From the NCBI GenBank assembly GCA_964654765.1, contig CAZZKY010000146.1:14694-78693 (forward strand): a stretch of DNA of 64,000 nt, given 5' to 3'. The notes below the pieces were generated by a model that saw only the letters and a program-made list of their open reading frames with translations, had not been told where the DNA came from and made no database searches. The position numbers were made by a program, and so were the translations under genes. Of the stretch, positions 31,588-40,360 are shown in pieces (the stretch's first letter is position 1; every line of letters starts with the position of its first letter). This stretch comes from an uncultured bacterium. GTDB taxonomy: Bacteria; Hydrothermota; Hydrothermia; UBA1063.

Positions 31588-32475
31588 ATGCATGGTTTTA
31601 TCTTTGATACCAAGGAATGGAAAGTTGTAGGAATTGATGAGAATGGGTATGGGCCACTTATAGGTCCATTGGTGGTTACTGGTGTCAAAATCAGGATAAA
31701 AGGTACGGATCCACTATCTGCCTCTGAGGCAGAAGGATACCAGTTTCCTATACCTGTAAAGGATAGTAAAGATCTGTTTAAAAGAAGCAAAGGTAGTTAC
31801 CGCGTAGGTGAATCGGTAGTCTTGAGCTTTGTTAAAATGTTGGGTGAAGAAGTGAGAAGTTTGAGTGAACTGATTGAAAAATTTGGGATTCAGAGGATTA
31901 ATTTAAATTCTTATGGACTTTCCGACATGAAAATCCCCCTTTTTGGCGGTTTTGTAAATGAGAGGCTTCTTAACTATTTTGAAAATTGTGGAATTGGCTT
32001 GGAAGAATTGAAATTTTCAATCCTTATGGCTGATAAATTTAATGAACTTATTTCATCCCTTGACAATAAGGCACTTCTTGATTTCCGAATTTTCACCGAA
32101 CTTATGAAAAAGTTTGACTCCTCCCATTTCTTGATGGGTAAAATAGGAGGGACTTCAAAATACGGCAGATTTTTTGAAACTTTTGGTTACAAGTATAAAG
32201 TTTTAGAAGAAAAATTTAATTATTCCGCATATGAGCTTGAAGGTGGGAATTTCCTCTATTTTATAATGGATGGTGATAAAAAGTTTTTGCCCATTATGTT
32301 CGCGGGAATCGTTGGAAAGTACGTGAGGGAATCGGTAATGTTGGCATTATCCAAGGCTCTTGGTTACGAGAATGAAATTCCTTATGCATCTGGCTATTTT
32401 CACGATGCCAAAACCTACGAACTAATCTCGAAGTTGCCAGCTGAACTTAAAAATAAATGGATAAGAGTGCGTTAA
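31588..32475 (+). CDS. Divergent RNase HII-like protein (295 aa) with large insertions
   Basis: 'VVGIDENGYGPLIGPLVV' parallels RNase HII 'GIDEAGRGPLxGPLV', and 'PVKDSKDLFKRSKG' parallels the DSK motif. 'ILMADK' and 'IMDGDKKFLPIMFAGIVGKYVRE' parallel the VDG and KGD-x-AASIxAK-R regions. The conserved GRG arginine is replaced, and there are about 95 extra residues. Confidence 0.45.
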   Translation: MHGFIFDTKEWKVVGIDENGYGPLIGPLVVTGVKIRIKGTDPLSASEAEGYQFPIPVKDSKDLFKRSKGSYRVGESVVLSFVKMLGEEVRSLSELIEKFGIQRINLNSYGLSDMKIPLFGGFVNERLLNYFENCGIGLEELKFSILMADKFNELISSLDNKALLDFRIFTELMKKFDSSHFLMGKIGGTSKYGRFFETFGYKYKVLEEKFNYSAYELEGGNFLYFIMDGDKKFLPIMFAGIVGKYVRESVMLALSKALGYENEIPYASGYFHDAKTYELISKLPAELKNKWIRVR

Positions 32476-33662
32476 TTTTTAATCAGCCCATCAGATCTAT
32501 GCTTTTCTCCTATCGCCTTTGCCAGTTTTTCGAGAGATTCATAGGCATTTTGGTCTGGTAACCCCTTAAAGGAGATTACATCAATAATTTCACCTTTGAA
32601 GTTGGAAAAAATGTTCTTAAGGTCATCAACTGTTTTTCCTCCCCATCCGTAAGAGTTAATTATAGCTAAATATTTTGTTTTTGGCCTTAATGCGTTGGCG
32701 AGGTACGTATAGTAAACAGTAAGGGGATGGGCACTGGCGAGCACTGTGGGTGTGGCTATGATTAGAGTGGCAATGTCAATCAGAGCCATTGCAATTTCTC
32801 CGGTATCTGCGACGGTCAGGTTGAAAACTTTCACATTCACACCTTCGTCAATGAGTTTTTGCTCTAAAAATCTTACAGCTCTTTCTACGCTATGGTGCAT
32901 AGAAACGTAAAGAATGGCTACCAAGTTTTCCACCTTATTGGATGACCAGTCCTTATATGCGTTGATAATAAATTGTGGATTTGTGTAGATTGGACCGTGG
33001 CTTGGGCAGATCATATCAGGAGAAAAATTCTCTATTTTCTCGATGTTTTTGGGTATCATATTTCTGAATGGTGCCATTATTTCTGCGTAGTATCTTTTTG
33101 CTGCGGTGTAAAGTTCTGGTGTTCCGTCACTCGTAAACTCTGTGGTAGGCAGGTGTGAACCAAAGAAGTCGCAAGTAAAAGCGATTTTATCTTCTAAAAG
33201 TAGGGTTGTTTGAGTCTCTGGCCAATGTACCCAAGGTGTCATGATAAATTTGAGGGTTTTTCCTCCGAGGTCAATGGTGTCTCCTTCTCCTATCACCATG
33301 AATTTATCTTGAGGGATTTGGAGGTGGGTTTTCAGGAGTTCGGCACACTTTTCATTCGTAACGACAATTGATTCAGGAAACAGGTTTAGAACTGCCGGAA
33401 TCGCGCCTGAGTGGTCTTGCTCAGCATGGTTGGAAATGATGTAGTCTATTCTGTTTATCCCAATGGATTTTAAGTCGCTGAGGAATTCTTCAACTTTTAA
33501 GGTATCGGTAGTGTCAATAAGGGCAGTTTTGCTTTTTCCTTTAATAAGGTATGCATTGTAAGTGGTTCCTTCGGGTAAGGGAATCAGCTCGTCAAAAAGT
33601 CTCCTTTCCCAGTGTAAAGTGTTTATTAGATACAAATCTTCTTTGATTTTTTTAACAGCCAT
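32472..33662 (-). CDS. Flavodiiron protein (A-type flavoprotein; rubredoxin:oxygen oxidoreductase / NO reductase)
   Basis: 396 aa. The metallo-beta-lactamase-like diiron motif 'ISNHAEQDHSGAIP' (H-x-E-x-D-H) is followed by a flavodoxin-like C-terminal domain. It sits in an operon with perR, flavodoxin and flavin reductase. Confidence 0.9.
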   Translation of the reverse strand: MAVKKIKEDLYLINTLHWERRLFDELIPLPEGTTYNAYLIKGKSKTALIDTTDTLKVEEFLSDLKSIGINRIDYIISNHAEQDHSGAIPAVLNLFPESIVVTNEKCAELLKTHLQIPQDKFMVIGEGDTIDLGGKTLKFIMTPWVHWPETQTTLLLEDKIAFTCDFFGSHLPTTEFTSDGTPELYTAAKRYYAEIMAPFRNMIPKNIEKIENFSPDMICPSHGPIYTNPQFIINAYKDWSSNKVENLVAILYVSMHHSVERAVRFLEQKLIDEGVNVKVFNLTVADTGEIAMALIDIATLIIATPTVLASAHPLTVYYTYLANALRPKTKYLAIINSYGWGGKTVDDLKNIFSNFKGEIIDVISFKGLPDQNAYESLEKLAKAIGEKHRSDGLIKN

Positions 33663-33665
33663 ATT

Positions 33666-34181
33666 TTACTCCTTTTCTTCCTTTAGGTAAGTAGAGGCAG
33701 TTTTAGGTGTTTTTCCCTTGACTTCTTTGTGGTAGTACTCGTAGGTCATCGGTGTTTTTTCGGATAATATGTCAGCGTCAAGAATTTCCCCCACAAAAAT
33801 GGTGTGGGTTCCCGCATCAAGGCTGTTGACGACCTTACATTCAATGTATGCACAGGTATAATCAATTATTACGGGTAAATCATTAACAGTGATTTTATAG
33901 TTTACATTTTCAAATTTGTTAATATCTCTTCCACTCTTGAATCCAAATTTGCCTATGAAGGTGAAGGGGGTTTCTTGAGTAAGAACCGAAACCGAAAATT
34001 TCCCACTTTTTGAGACCATTTCGTGCGTTAAGTTCAATTTGTTAAGGGCAACGGCTACCTTAATAGGTTCTGATGTGACCTGAAAGACTGTGTTGGCAAC
34101 TTGCCCGTTAATTTTTTCACCATCTTTAGTTGCCACAATGTAAAGGCCGTAACTTAATTTTGTTAATGCAGATAGATTCAT
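33666..34181 (-). CDS. Flavin reductase-like (FMN-binding split-barrel) protein
   Basis: The start is set at 'MNLSALTKLSYGLYIVATKDGEKINGQ', which abuts the flavodoxin stop. The flavin_reduct-type beta-barrel motifs are present. Confidence 0.75.
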   Translation of the reverse strand: MNLSALTKLSYGLYIVATKDGEKINGQVANTVFQVTSEPIKVAVALNKLNLTHEMVSKSGKFSVSVLTQETPFTFIGKFGFKSGRDINKFENVNYKITVNDLPVIIDYTCAYIECKVVNSLDAGTHTIFVGEILDADILSEKTPMTYEYYHKEVKGKTPKTASTYLKEEKE

Positions 34182-34182
34182 C

Positions 34183-34686
34183 TTAAATTTTCTCCTTTTG
34201 CAAAAAATTTTCGAGTTTTTGGGCGTATTCACCTGACTTGAGTTCTGAATCTCTCAGGAATAAGCTGGCTTTTGGCTTTGTGCCAGCTATTTTATAAATC
34301 TGCTCGACGATTTTTGCATTCTTTTCACCAAATCCCGATACTGATATCAGTGTAATTTCAGATTTTTTTAGGTTTTCAGAGAATTTTCTCAAAAAACTTG
34401 CCACTGGGGCAGGAAGATGCCCCGCCCATACTGGAGTGACCAGATAAATGTGGGTGAATTCTTCTCCGATTTCTCGTGACAATGTAAAAGGTACGTTCTT
34501 TTTAGTAAGTGCGTAGAAGGAGTCTTTAAAAAAGTTTCTTTTTGAGTTGTCTTCAATCTTCGAGATGTATATGCCTTTTAGCCTTGAAATCTCAATGGCA
34601 ATTTTCTGATTGTTCCCAGTTCCTGAAAAGTAAACTATAATCTCGCTCAATTTTTCTCTTCCTTCTCCATTAAACACCTTCTGCAT
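34183..34686 (-). CDS. Flavodoxin-like protein
   Basis: 'IIVYFSGTGNNQKIA' is the flavodoxin phosphate-binding loop. The true start is probably the TTG at 34650 ('LSEIIVYF...'), which overlaps the perR stop in a TTGA arrangement and is preceded by GAAGGAAG. The ATG at 34686 would overlap perR by 40 nt. Confidence 0.7.
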   Translation of the reverse strand: MQKVFNGEGREKLSEIIVYFSGTGNNQKIAIEISRLKGIYISKIEDNSKRNFFKDSFYALTKKNVPFTLSREIGEEFTHIYLVTPVWAGHLPAPVASFLRKFSENLKKSEITLISVSGFGEKNAKIVEQIYKIAGTKPKASLFLRDSELKSGEYAQKLENFLQKEKI

Positions 34687-35084
34687 ACGCCTTCTAAATA
34701 TAGATCTTGAGTTTTTACAAGGTGTCCATCTCCAACTTTTTTGGAAGTAAAATCGGGGATTTCAACTTCTATGTCGTATATTCGGCCACATTCAATGCAG
34801 TGGAAATGGGCATGGGGTTCGATGAATGCGTCTACCCTGAGCTCCTTAGAGTCTATCATCACCAGTTTAATAACCCCTTTCTTCACCAACGCTTCTATTG
34901 TATTGTAGACAGTAGTTTTTGAAAGGGTTGGCAATTCAGCACTTATGTGTTTGTATATTTCATCGGCGGACGGGTGGGTTCTATTTTTAAGCAGGAACTC
35001 AAGAATTTTTATTCTTTGAACAGATGGTTGGATGTTGTGTCTTTTTAAAATATTTTTTGCCTTTTCCGTAATTTCATTTTTCAT
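34647..35084 (-). CDS. perR: Fur family peroxide-responsive repressor (PerR-like)
   Basis: 145 aa with 'HPSADEIYKHI', the regulatory-site histidines 'HAHFHCIECGRIYDIE' and the structural Zn site 'CxxC...CRRC'. It heads an O2/peroxide-detoxification operon. Confidence 0.8.
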   Translation of the reverse strand: MKNEITEKAKNILKRHNIQPSVQRIKILEFLLKNRTHPSADEIYKHISAELPTLSKTTVYNTIEALVKKGVIKLVMIDSKELRVDAFIEPHAHFHCIECGRIYDIEVEIPDFTSKKVGDGHLVKTQDLYLEGVCRRCLMEKEEKN

Positions 35085-35716
35085 TTAAAAACCTCCCCGG
35101 TTTCCTTTGCCCATAGAAGCATATCGAGGTGGGCAAAGGGAATACCTATTTGATTTGAAAATTTTCTCATTTTTTCCTCTATTAGCAAGTAATTTTTTGC
35201 GGTAAAAGTTCCTGGTAGGCTACTAATAACTCCCAGCTTTAGAAGGTTACGAAGGATGTGCCTGTCGAGGATTGCAAGGTCAAAATGCCCTGTGTTTCTC
35301 AAAAAGTGACTGGCCTCTTTCATACCAATACCTTTAAAATTTTTCACAAGGAATGTTCTTTTTTCATTAGAAGGTATCGAGCCTTTTACAAATTCTTTGA
35401 GATTAAAACTCATTTCCTCTATTTTTTGCAGATTTTGGACAACAAATTTGGCTTTATTATTGGGAAATCTAACACCTTTTAAAAACTTTTTGATTTCCTC
35501 TTCTGATGGATTTAGATACGCCTTGCTGTCGAATATATTTTCTACAGCTTTCCAGCAAACTTTTGCCTTTGATTGGGGTGTCAGGGTACAAAAAATGAAC
35601 TCCTTCAAAATCTCAGTTTCACAATCATCTTTCTTTGTCTTAAATTCTTCAAGCCTCTGTTCTATCTGAGCCTTCAGATTCTCGTAAAGCTTTGTAAGTT
35701 TTTCTATTTCATTCAT
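35081..35716 (-). CDS. ogg: 8-oxoguanine DNA glycosylase / AP lyase, Ogg2 (archaeal/Thermotoga type, HhH-GPD)
   Basis: 211 aa. 'GIGMKEASHFLRNTGHFDLAILDRHILRNL' is nearly identical in pattern to Thermotoga/Methanocaldococcus Ogg ('GIGWKEASHFLRNTG..DLAILDKHVLR'), and the catalytic Lys is in 'GMKEAS'. Confidence 0.8.
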   Translation of the reverse strand: MNEIEKLTKLYENLKAQIEQRLEEFKTKKDDCETEILKEFIFCTLTPQSKAKVCWKAVENIFDSKAYLNPSEEEIKKFLKGVRFPNNKAKFVVQNLQKIEEMSFNLKEFVKGSIPSNEKRTFLVKNFKGIGMKEASHFLRNTGHFDLAILDRHILRNLLKLGVISSLPGTFTAKNYLLIEEKMRKFSNQIGIPFAHLDMLLWAKETGEVFK

Positions 35717-35742
35717 TTTTCAAATTTGAATAGATTTTAATG

Positions 35743-36558
35743 TCAAAAGCATGATTGTTCAAATTCAATCTCAACTTTATGCCTTAAAGGGCCGTGACCA
35801 TGTCCGATGGGAGGCGCATATTTTATGGCCTTTTGAATGTATCTTCTCGCTATGCAAACCGCGTCTTGAACTGAATAATTCATAGAGAGGAGTGCAGCTA
35901 TTGCAGAGGATAAAGTACATCCCGTGCCATGGGTAGAGGTCGTTATTATCTTTTCACCTTTAAATTTCCAGAGACCTTCTTTCCCAATTAGAATATCAAT
36001 TATTTCTTTGGATTCTAAGTGGCCGCCTTTGATCAGTACCCATTTTGTGCCTCTCTCAAGGATTTTCTCTCCTGCCTTGATCATATCTTCTTCTGTAAAA
36101 ATTTTCATTTCTGCAATAATTTCTGCCTCGGGAATGTTTGGAGTCACAACAAAGGCAGTAGGTAAAAGAGTATTAAGGAGGGCATCTATTGCATCGTCTC
36201 TTAGTAACTTAGCTCCACTTTTTGCGACCATTACTGGATCTACCACCAATTTGTCTACCTTGAATTTGGCCATACACTCAGCAACCACTTCTATGATTTC
36301 TTTGGTAAATAGCATCCCAGTTTTCACAGCTCCTGGTGTTATGTCTTCAAAGATGGTTTCTATTTGTAATTTTACAAAATCCGGAGTGACAGGGTAGATG
36401 CCGGTCACGGAGTAGGTGTTTTGAGCGGTTAAAGCTGTTATCACACTCATTCCGTAGACATCAAAAGCTTCAAAGGTTTTTAGATCTGCTTGAATTCCAG
36501 CTCCACCACCTGAATCGCTACCTGCAATGGTCAGTGCTGTACCCTTGTAGGGTTTCAT
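35743..36558 (-). CDS. thiD: Hydroxymethylpyrimidine/phosphomethylpyrimidine kinase
   Basis: 271 aa. 'ALTIAGSDSGGGAGIQADLKTF' is the ribokinase-fold ThiD signature, and 'GTGCTLSSAIAA' is also present. Confidence 0.9.
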   Translation of the reverse strand: MKPYKGTALTIAGSDSGGGAGIQADLKTFEAFDVYGMSVITALTAQNTYSVTGIYPVTPDFVKLQIETIFEDITPGAVKTGMLFTKEIIEVVAECMAKFKVDKLVVDPVMVAKSGAKLLRDDAIDALLNTLLPTAFVVTPNIPEAEIIAEMKIFTEEDMIKAGEKILERGTKWVLIKGGHLESKEIIDILIGKEGLWKFKGEKIITTSTHGTGCTLSSAIAALLSMNYSVQDAVCIARRYIQKAIKYAPPIGHGHGPLRHKVEIEFEQSCF

Positions 36559-36573
36559 CCACTCCTCCTTATT

Positions 36574-38766
36574 CTAAGAGTTTGAAGTTCTGGCAAATTG
36601 AAGCAAATAAAGATGGTAATACATACCTTGTTTCTCAATAAGGGACTCATGAGTTCCCTCTTCTACAATCTTGCCGTCATATATAACGATAATCTTGTCA
36701 GCATCTTTAATTGTTGAAAGTCTGTGGGCTATTACAATGGAGGTCCTGCCTTTTAAAATCTTTTTGACTGCCTGTTGAATTAATTTTTCCGTGTACGAAT
36801 CAACATTGGCAGTAGCTTCATCCAGAACGAGGATTTTAGGATTAAAAGCCAGTGCTCTTGCAAAGGAAAGAAGTTGCCTTTCTCCAACAGAAAGAGATGC
36901 ACCTCTTTCACCCAGTAACGTTGAGTAACCGTTTTCCAACCTTTCTATGAAGGTATGGGCATAGACATTTTTGGCGGCTTCAATCACCCGTTCTTCGTCA
37001 ATCTGTGCGTTGTAGAGAGTGATATTTTTCTTTAGTTCTCCTGAGAAGATGAATACGTCTTGAAGTACGAGCCCCATCTGAGATCTTAAGTGATCAAGAT
37101 CGTACTCTTCAAGTGGTATATCATCAATCAGTATTTGTCCTTTTTGGTATGGGTAGAAGCCGAAGATTGCTGATATTAGGGAGGTTTTACCAGCTCCTGT
37201 AGGACCAACAATGGCTAAGGTTTCTCCGGGATTTACAACAAAGCTTATGTCTTTTAATACCCAGTTTTCTGAGTCATAAGCTAACCACACATTTTTAAAT
37301 TCAACCTTCCCGACAATTTCCTTTCTAAGCCCTTTCCCCTTAGGTTCTATAGGTTCGTCTAAGAGTTCAAAGATCCGATCACCAGCGGCCATAGCTGATT
37401 GCATAATGTTGTATTTTTCTGAAAATTCCATAATCGGCTGAAACAACATGTCTATGTATGATAGAAAAGCTACCAAGGACCCGAAAGTCAACATATTTCT
37501 AATTACTTCGCCGCCGCCTATCCAGATGATTAAAGCAACCGTTATCGCCCTCAGAAAATCAATAATTGGCCTAAAAGTCGCAAAAACGTAAAGTTGTTCA
37601 ATGTTGGCATCAAATAATTCTTTGTTGTAACCGCGGAATTTATTTTTTACTACATTTTCAAGGTTGAAAATTTGAATTATACGAATTCCGGAAATGCTTT
37701 CCTGTAGAAAGGCGTTAAGTTGTGCCAATTTTGCCCTTACTTTTCGGAAGGCATTTCGGACCTTTACTCTAAAGATAATTGTTACAACAAGAAGGATTGG
37801 CGCAACCGTGAGGACTAAAAGGGTGAGTTTCAAGTTCATTTTAGTCATTATGATTACTACACCTATGATGACGATGAAGTCTTTTATTAAGTGGATTAAC
37901 ACGGAACTTAGCATTTCAGCAATAGCAGAAACGTCGTTGGTAGCCCTTGTTACAAGACGGCCTGTGGGGTTTTTGTCAAAGTATGAAAGAGGTAAGTTCA
38001 GCAGGTGTTTTGTAATTACCATCCTCATATCGTACATTACCTTTTGAGTTACGTACTGAAGAGTGTAGCCTTGGAGGAAGGAAAAGAGGAAGGATAGGAA
38101 TAGTAGTATTACAAGCAGTGTTGCCAACTTGTACACTTCCCTGATATCTTCCCTTCGAATTTGAATTATCTGGGGTTTTGATAGAATGTTGATTTTATTT
38201 TGTTCAACAGCAAAGAGGCCGTTTGAAGCTCTTATAAAAAAGTCTTCTTTTCCAGGTATAACATCTTTTGTCAAAATGTATTTGGCTGTGCCAAAGGCTT
38301 TCTCTCTTTCAAGTTCGGCGGAGATTTCCCTCGAAAGGGCTGGCCTTCTTATTAAAACCTTTCCATTTTCCAGTCTTACTATGTAGGTTTCTAAGCTATA
38401 TTTTTCAATGTAAGAGGTGTTAGTAAGTTCAACATAGGATGGCATTATGTGGAAATCAATTGCCCTTCTATTTATGGCTGGAATGGCAATTTGAATAACA
38501 CTTGTTATAATCAGGAATGTAAAGGCTAAAACTATGCTCTTTTTGTAAGGCTCTGCAAATTTAAGCGTTCTCCTAAGCACTTTTCTATCGAAGAATTTTC
38601 CAGTTACTTCAGCATATGAACCGTGACCGGGACTACCGAACAAGTCCTTCCTCCATTTTTTGCAATTCAAAGATATGTTTGTAAAAGCCTTCCCGCGATA
38701 TAAGCTCTTCGTGAGTTCCCCTATCCAATATTTTTCCGTCATCCAGCACGAGAATTTCGTCTGCAT
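36574..38766 (-). CDS. ABC exporter, fused TMD-NBD half-transporter with a consensus ATPase site and a ~115-aa extracytoplasmic insertion between TM1 and TM2
   Basis: Walker A 'GPTGAGKTS', Walker B 'ILVLDEATANVD' with the catalytic E, a non-canonical signature 'LSVGERQ' and the H-loop 'IAHRLS'. The true start is probably downstream of the annotated ATG, since the ORF overlaps the upstream ABC gene by 134 nt. 'VLRRTLKFAEPYKK' resembles a typical exporter N-terminus. Confidence 0.85.
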   Translation of the reverse strand: MQTKFSCWMTEKYWIGELTKSLYRGKAFTNISLNCKKWRKDLFGSPGHGSYAEVTGKFFDRKVLRRTLKFAEPYKKSIVLAFTFLIITSVIQIAIPAINRRAIDFHIMPSYVELTNTSYIEKYSLETYIVRLENGKVLIRRPALSREISAELEREKAFGTAKYILTKDVIPGKEDFFIRASNGLFAVEQNKINILSKPQIIQIRREDIREVYKLATLLVILLFLSFLFSFLQGYTLQYVTQKVMYDMRMVITKHLLNLPLSYFDKNPTGRLVTRATNDVSAIAEMLSSVLIHLIKDFIVIIGVVIIMTKMNLKLTLLVLTVAPILLVVTIIFRVKVRNAFRKVRAKLAQLNAFLQESISGIRIIQIFNLENVVKNKFRGYNKELFDANIEQLYVFATFRPIIDFLRAITVALIIWIGGGEVIRNMLTFGSLVAFLSYIDMLFQPIMEFSEKYNIMQSAMAAGDRIFELLDEPIEPKGKGLRKEIVGKVEFKNVWLAYDSENWVLKDISFVVNPGETLAIVGPTGAGKTSLISAIFGFYPYQKGQILIDDIPLEEYDLDHLRSQMGLVLQDVFIFSGELKKNITLYNAQIDEERVIEAAKNVYAHTFIERLENGYSTLLGERGASLSVGERQLLSFARALAFNPKILVLDEATANVDSYTEKLIQQAVKKILKGRTSIVIAHRLSTIKDADKIIVIYDGKIVEEGTHESLIEKQGMYYHLYLLQFARTSNS

Positions 38767-40360
38767 TCATGATTGCGGAAACCCTGTGTGAAACGATAAT
38801 TGTTGTTTTGTCTGCCAGAAAATCTTCTAAGTTGCGAAGAATTTTGTTTTCAGTCTCAGTGTCAACAGCCGATAGTGCGTCATCTATAATGAAAATAGGT
38901 GCATTTTTCACAATGGCCCTTGCTATGGCTATTCTCTGCTTCTGCCCACCGGAAAGGGTAATTCCTCTTTCTCCGACGAGAGTATCAAGTCCATCGGGCA
39001 TTTTCATAACCTCATCGTATATCTCTGCAAGCTTTAATGCTTTTATTATTTCTTCTTCCGTCGCTTCAACCTTTCCGTAAGCTACATTCTCTCTTATAGT
39101 AGCCGAGAACAAAAGACTTTCTTGTGGAACGAAGCTTATTGCATTTCTCAAGTTTGTCAGGTCATGGTGGGTTACATCCACGTCATCGATGTAAATTGAA
39201 CCCTCGGGTGGGTCAAAAATCCTTGGTATAAGGTAACATAGCGTACTTTTCCCTGCCCCTGTTCTTCCAATAATTCCGAGTTTTTTACCCTTTTCAAGCT
39301 TGAAATTGATATCTATAAGAACAGGACGTCCACTGGTGTATGAGAAAGTGAGGTTTTTTACCTCAATATTTCCTTCTATTTTTATCTTTCTCGGACATTG
39401 TGGATTTTTTATTTCGGGTTCTACTTTGAGAATCCTTTCAATTCTATCCATTGAAGCAGAACCGCGTTGTAAAATGTTTACAAGGAAACCAACTGCAATC
39501 ATTGGCCATACCATCATACCCAGGTAGCTCGAAAAGGCTACAAAATCTCCAAGAGATATTTCGTTTAGTATCACCTTTCTTCCGCCGAAAAATAGGAGTA
39601 TTGCAAAAGATAGAGTAGCACCCAGTTGTATACCGGGTTCAAATAAGCTTGAAACCTTTGCAAGTTTCATATTTTTCTTGAAGTACAGTTCATTAGTGAC
39701 CCTAATATCTCCTATTTGGCCTTCTACCTGCGAGAAACCCTTTAAAACTCTGATTCCGACTATGGACTCTCTGATTTTTTCAGTAAGTTTGGAAAAGGTT
39801 TCTTGTACCTCCTTGAAGTATCGGTAGTTGAGTCTCCCAGAAAAAGATATGAGCAGGCTAATCAAAGGAAGCGGCAAAAGAGCGTAAATCGTTAGCATGG
39901 GCGAAATTTTAAACATTATAGCGAGAGAAAAAGTTGAATATACCAATATATCAGTGATTTGGACTAATCCCATTCCCGTTGCCATTCTTACAGCGTCAGT
40001 GTCGTTGGTTATCAAGGCCATCAATTCTCCTGTTCGCTCTCTGTTGAAAAAGCTTGCAGAAAGTTTTACAAGGTGGAAATATATTTCCTCTCTAATATCC
40101 CTTTCTACTTTTCTCGCAGTCCCCATTATGAAGTATCGCCAGAAAAATCTCAGGATTGCAATAATGAGGGTTAGACCAAGGATATAGAGGGCATATTTGC
40201 CGAGAATCTTAAATGTAGCCTGTCCAGATTGTAAAAGGTTAATACTTTTTCTTATTATGAGCGGTATTATCAGCTGTGCTCCATCAACAATAAGGAGGCT
40301 GAGAATGCCAAGAAAAACAAAAAGTTTGTATTTCCAAAGCCTTCTCAGTATGCCTTTCAT
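38633..40360 (-). CDS. ABC exporter, fused TMD-NBD half-transporter with a degenerate Walker B (partner of the preceding gene; heterodimeric TM287/288-like)
   Basis: Walker A 'GRTGAGKST' and a canonical signature 'LSGGQKQRIAIARA', but Walker B is 'IFIIDDALSAVD', so the catalytic Glu is replaced by Asp. Confidence 0.85.
   Translation of the reverse strand: MKGILRRLWKYKLFVFLGILSLLIVDGAQLIIPLIIRKSINLLQSGQATFKILGKYALYILGLTLIIAILRFFWRYFIMGTARKVERDIREEIYFHLVKLSASFFNRERTGELMALITNDTDAVRMATGMGLVQITDILVYSTFSLAIMFKISPMLTIYALLPLPLISLLISFSGRLNYRYFKEVQETFSKLTEKIRESIVGIRVLKGFSQVEGQIGDIRVTNELYFKKNMKLAKVSSLFEPGIQLGATLSFAILLFFGGRKVILNEISLGDFVAFSSYLGMMVWPMIAVGFLVNILQRGSASMDRIERILKVEPEIKNPQCPRKIKIEGNIEVKNLTFSYTSGRPVLIDINFKLEKGKKLGIIGRTGAGKSTLCYLIPRIFDPPEGSIYIDDVDVTHHDLTNLRNAISFVPQESLLFSATIRENVAYGKVEATEEEIIKALKLAEIYDEVMKMPDGLDTLVGERGITLSGGQKQRIAIARAIVKNAPIFIIDDALSAVDTETENKILRNLEDFLADKTTIIVSHRVSAIMNADEILVLDDGKILDRGTHEELISREGFYKHIFELQKMEEGLVR

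Noticed and set aside
35924-36397. 157-aa antisense ORF within thiD
   Set aside because: It is a shadow ORF opposite a confidently identified ThiD gene, with low-complexity Ser/Ile-rich translation.
36559-36573. TPP riboswitch upstream of thiD
   Set aside because: Only 15 nt separate thiD from the upstream ABC gene. There is no room for a THI-box aptamer, so thiD appears co-transcribed with the exporter genes.
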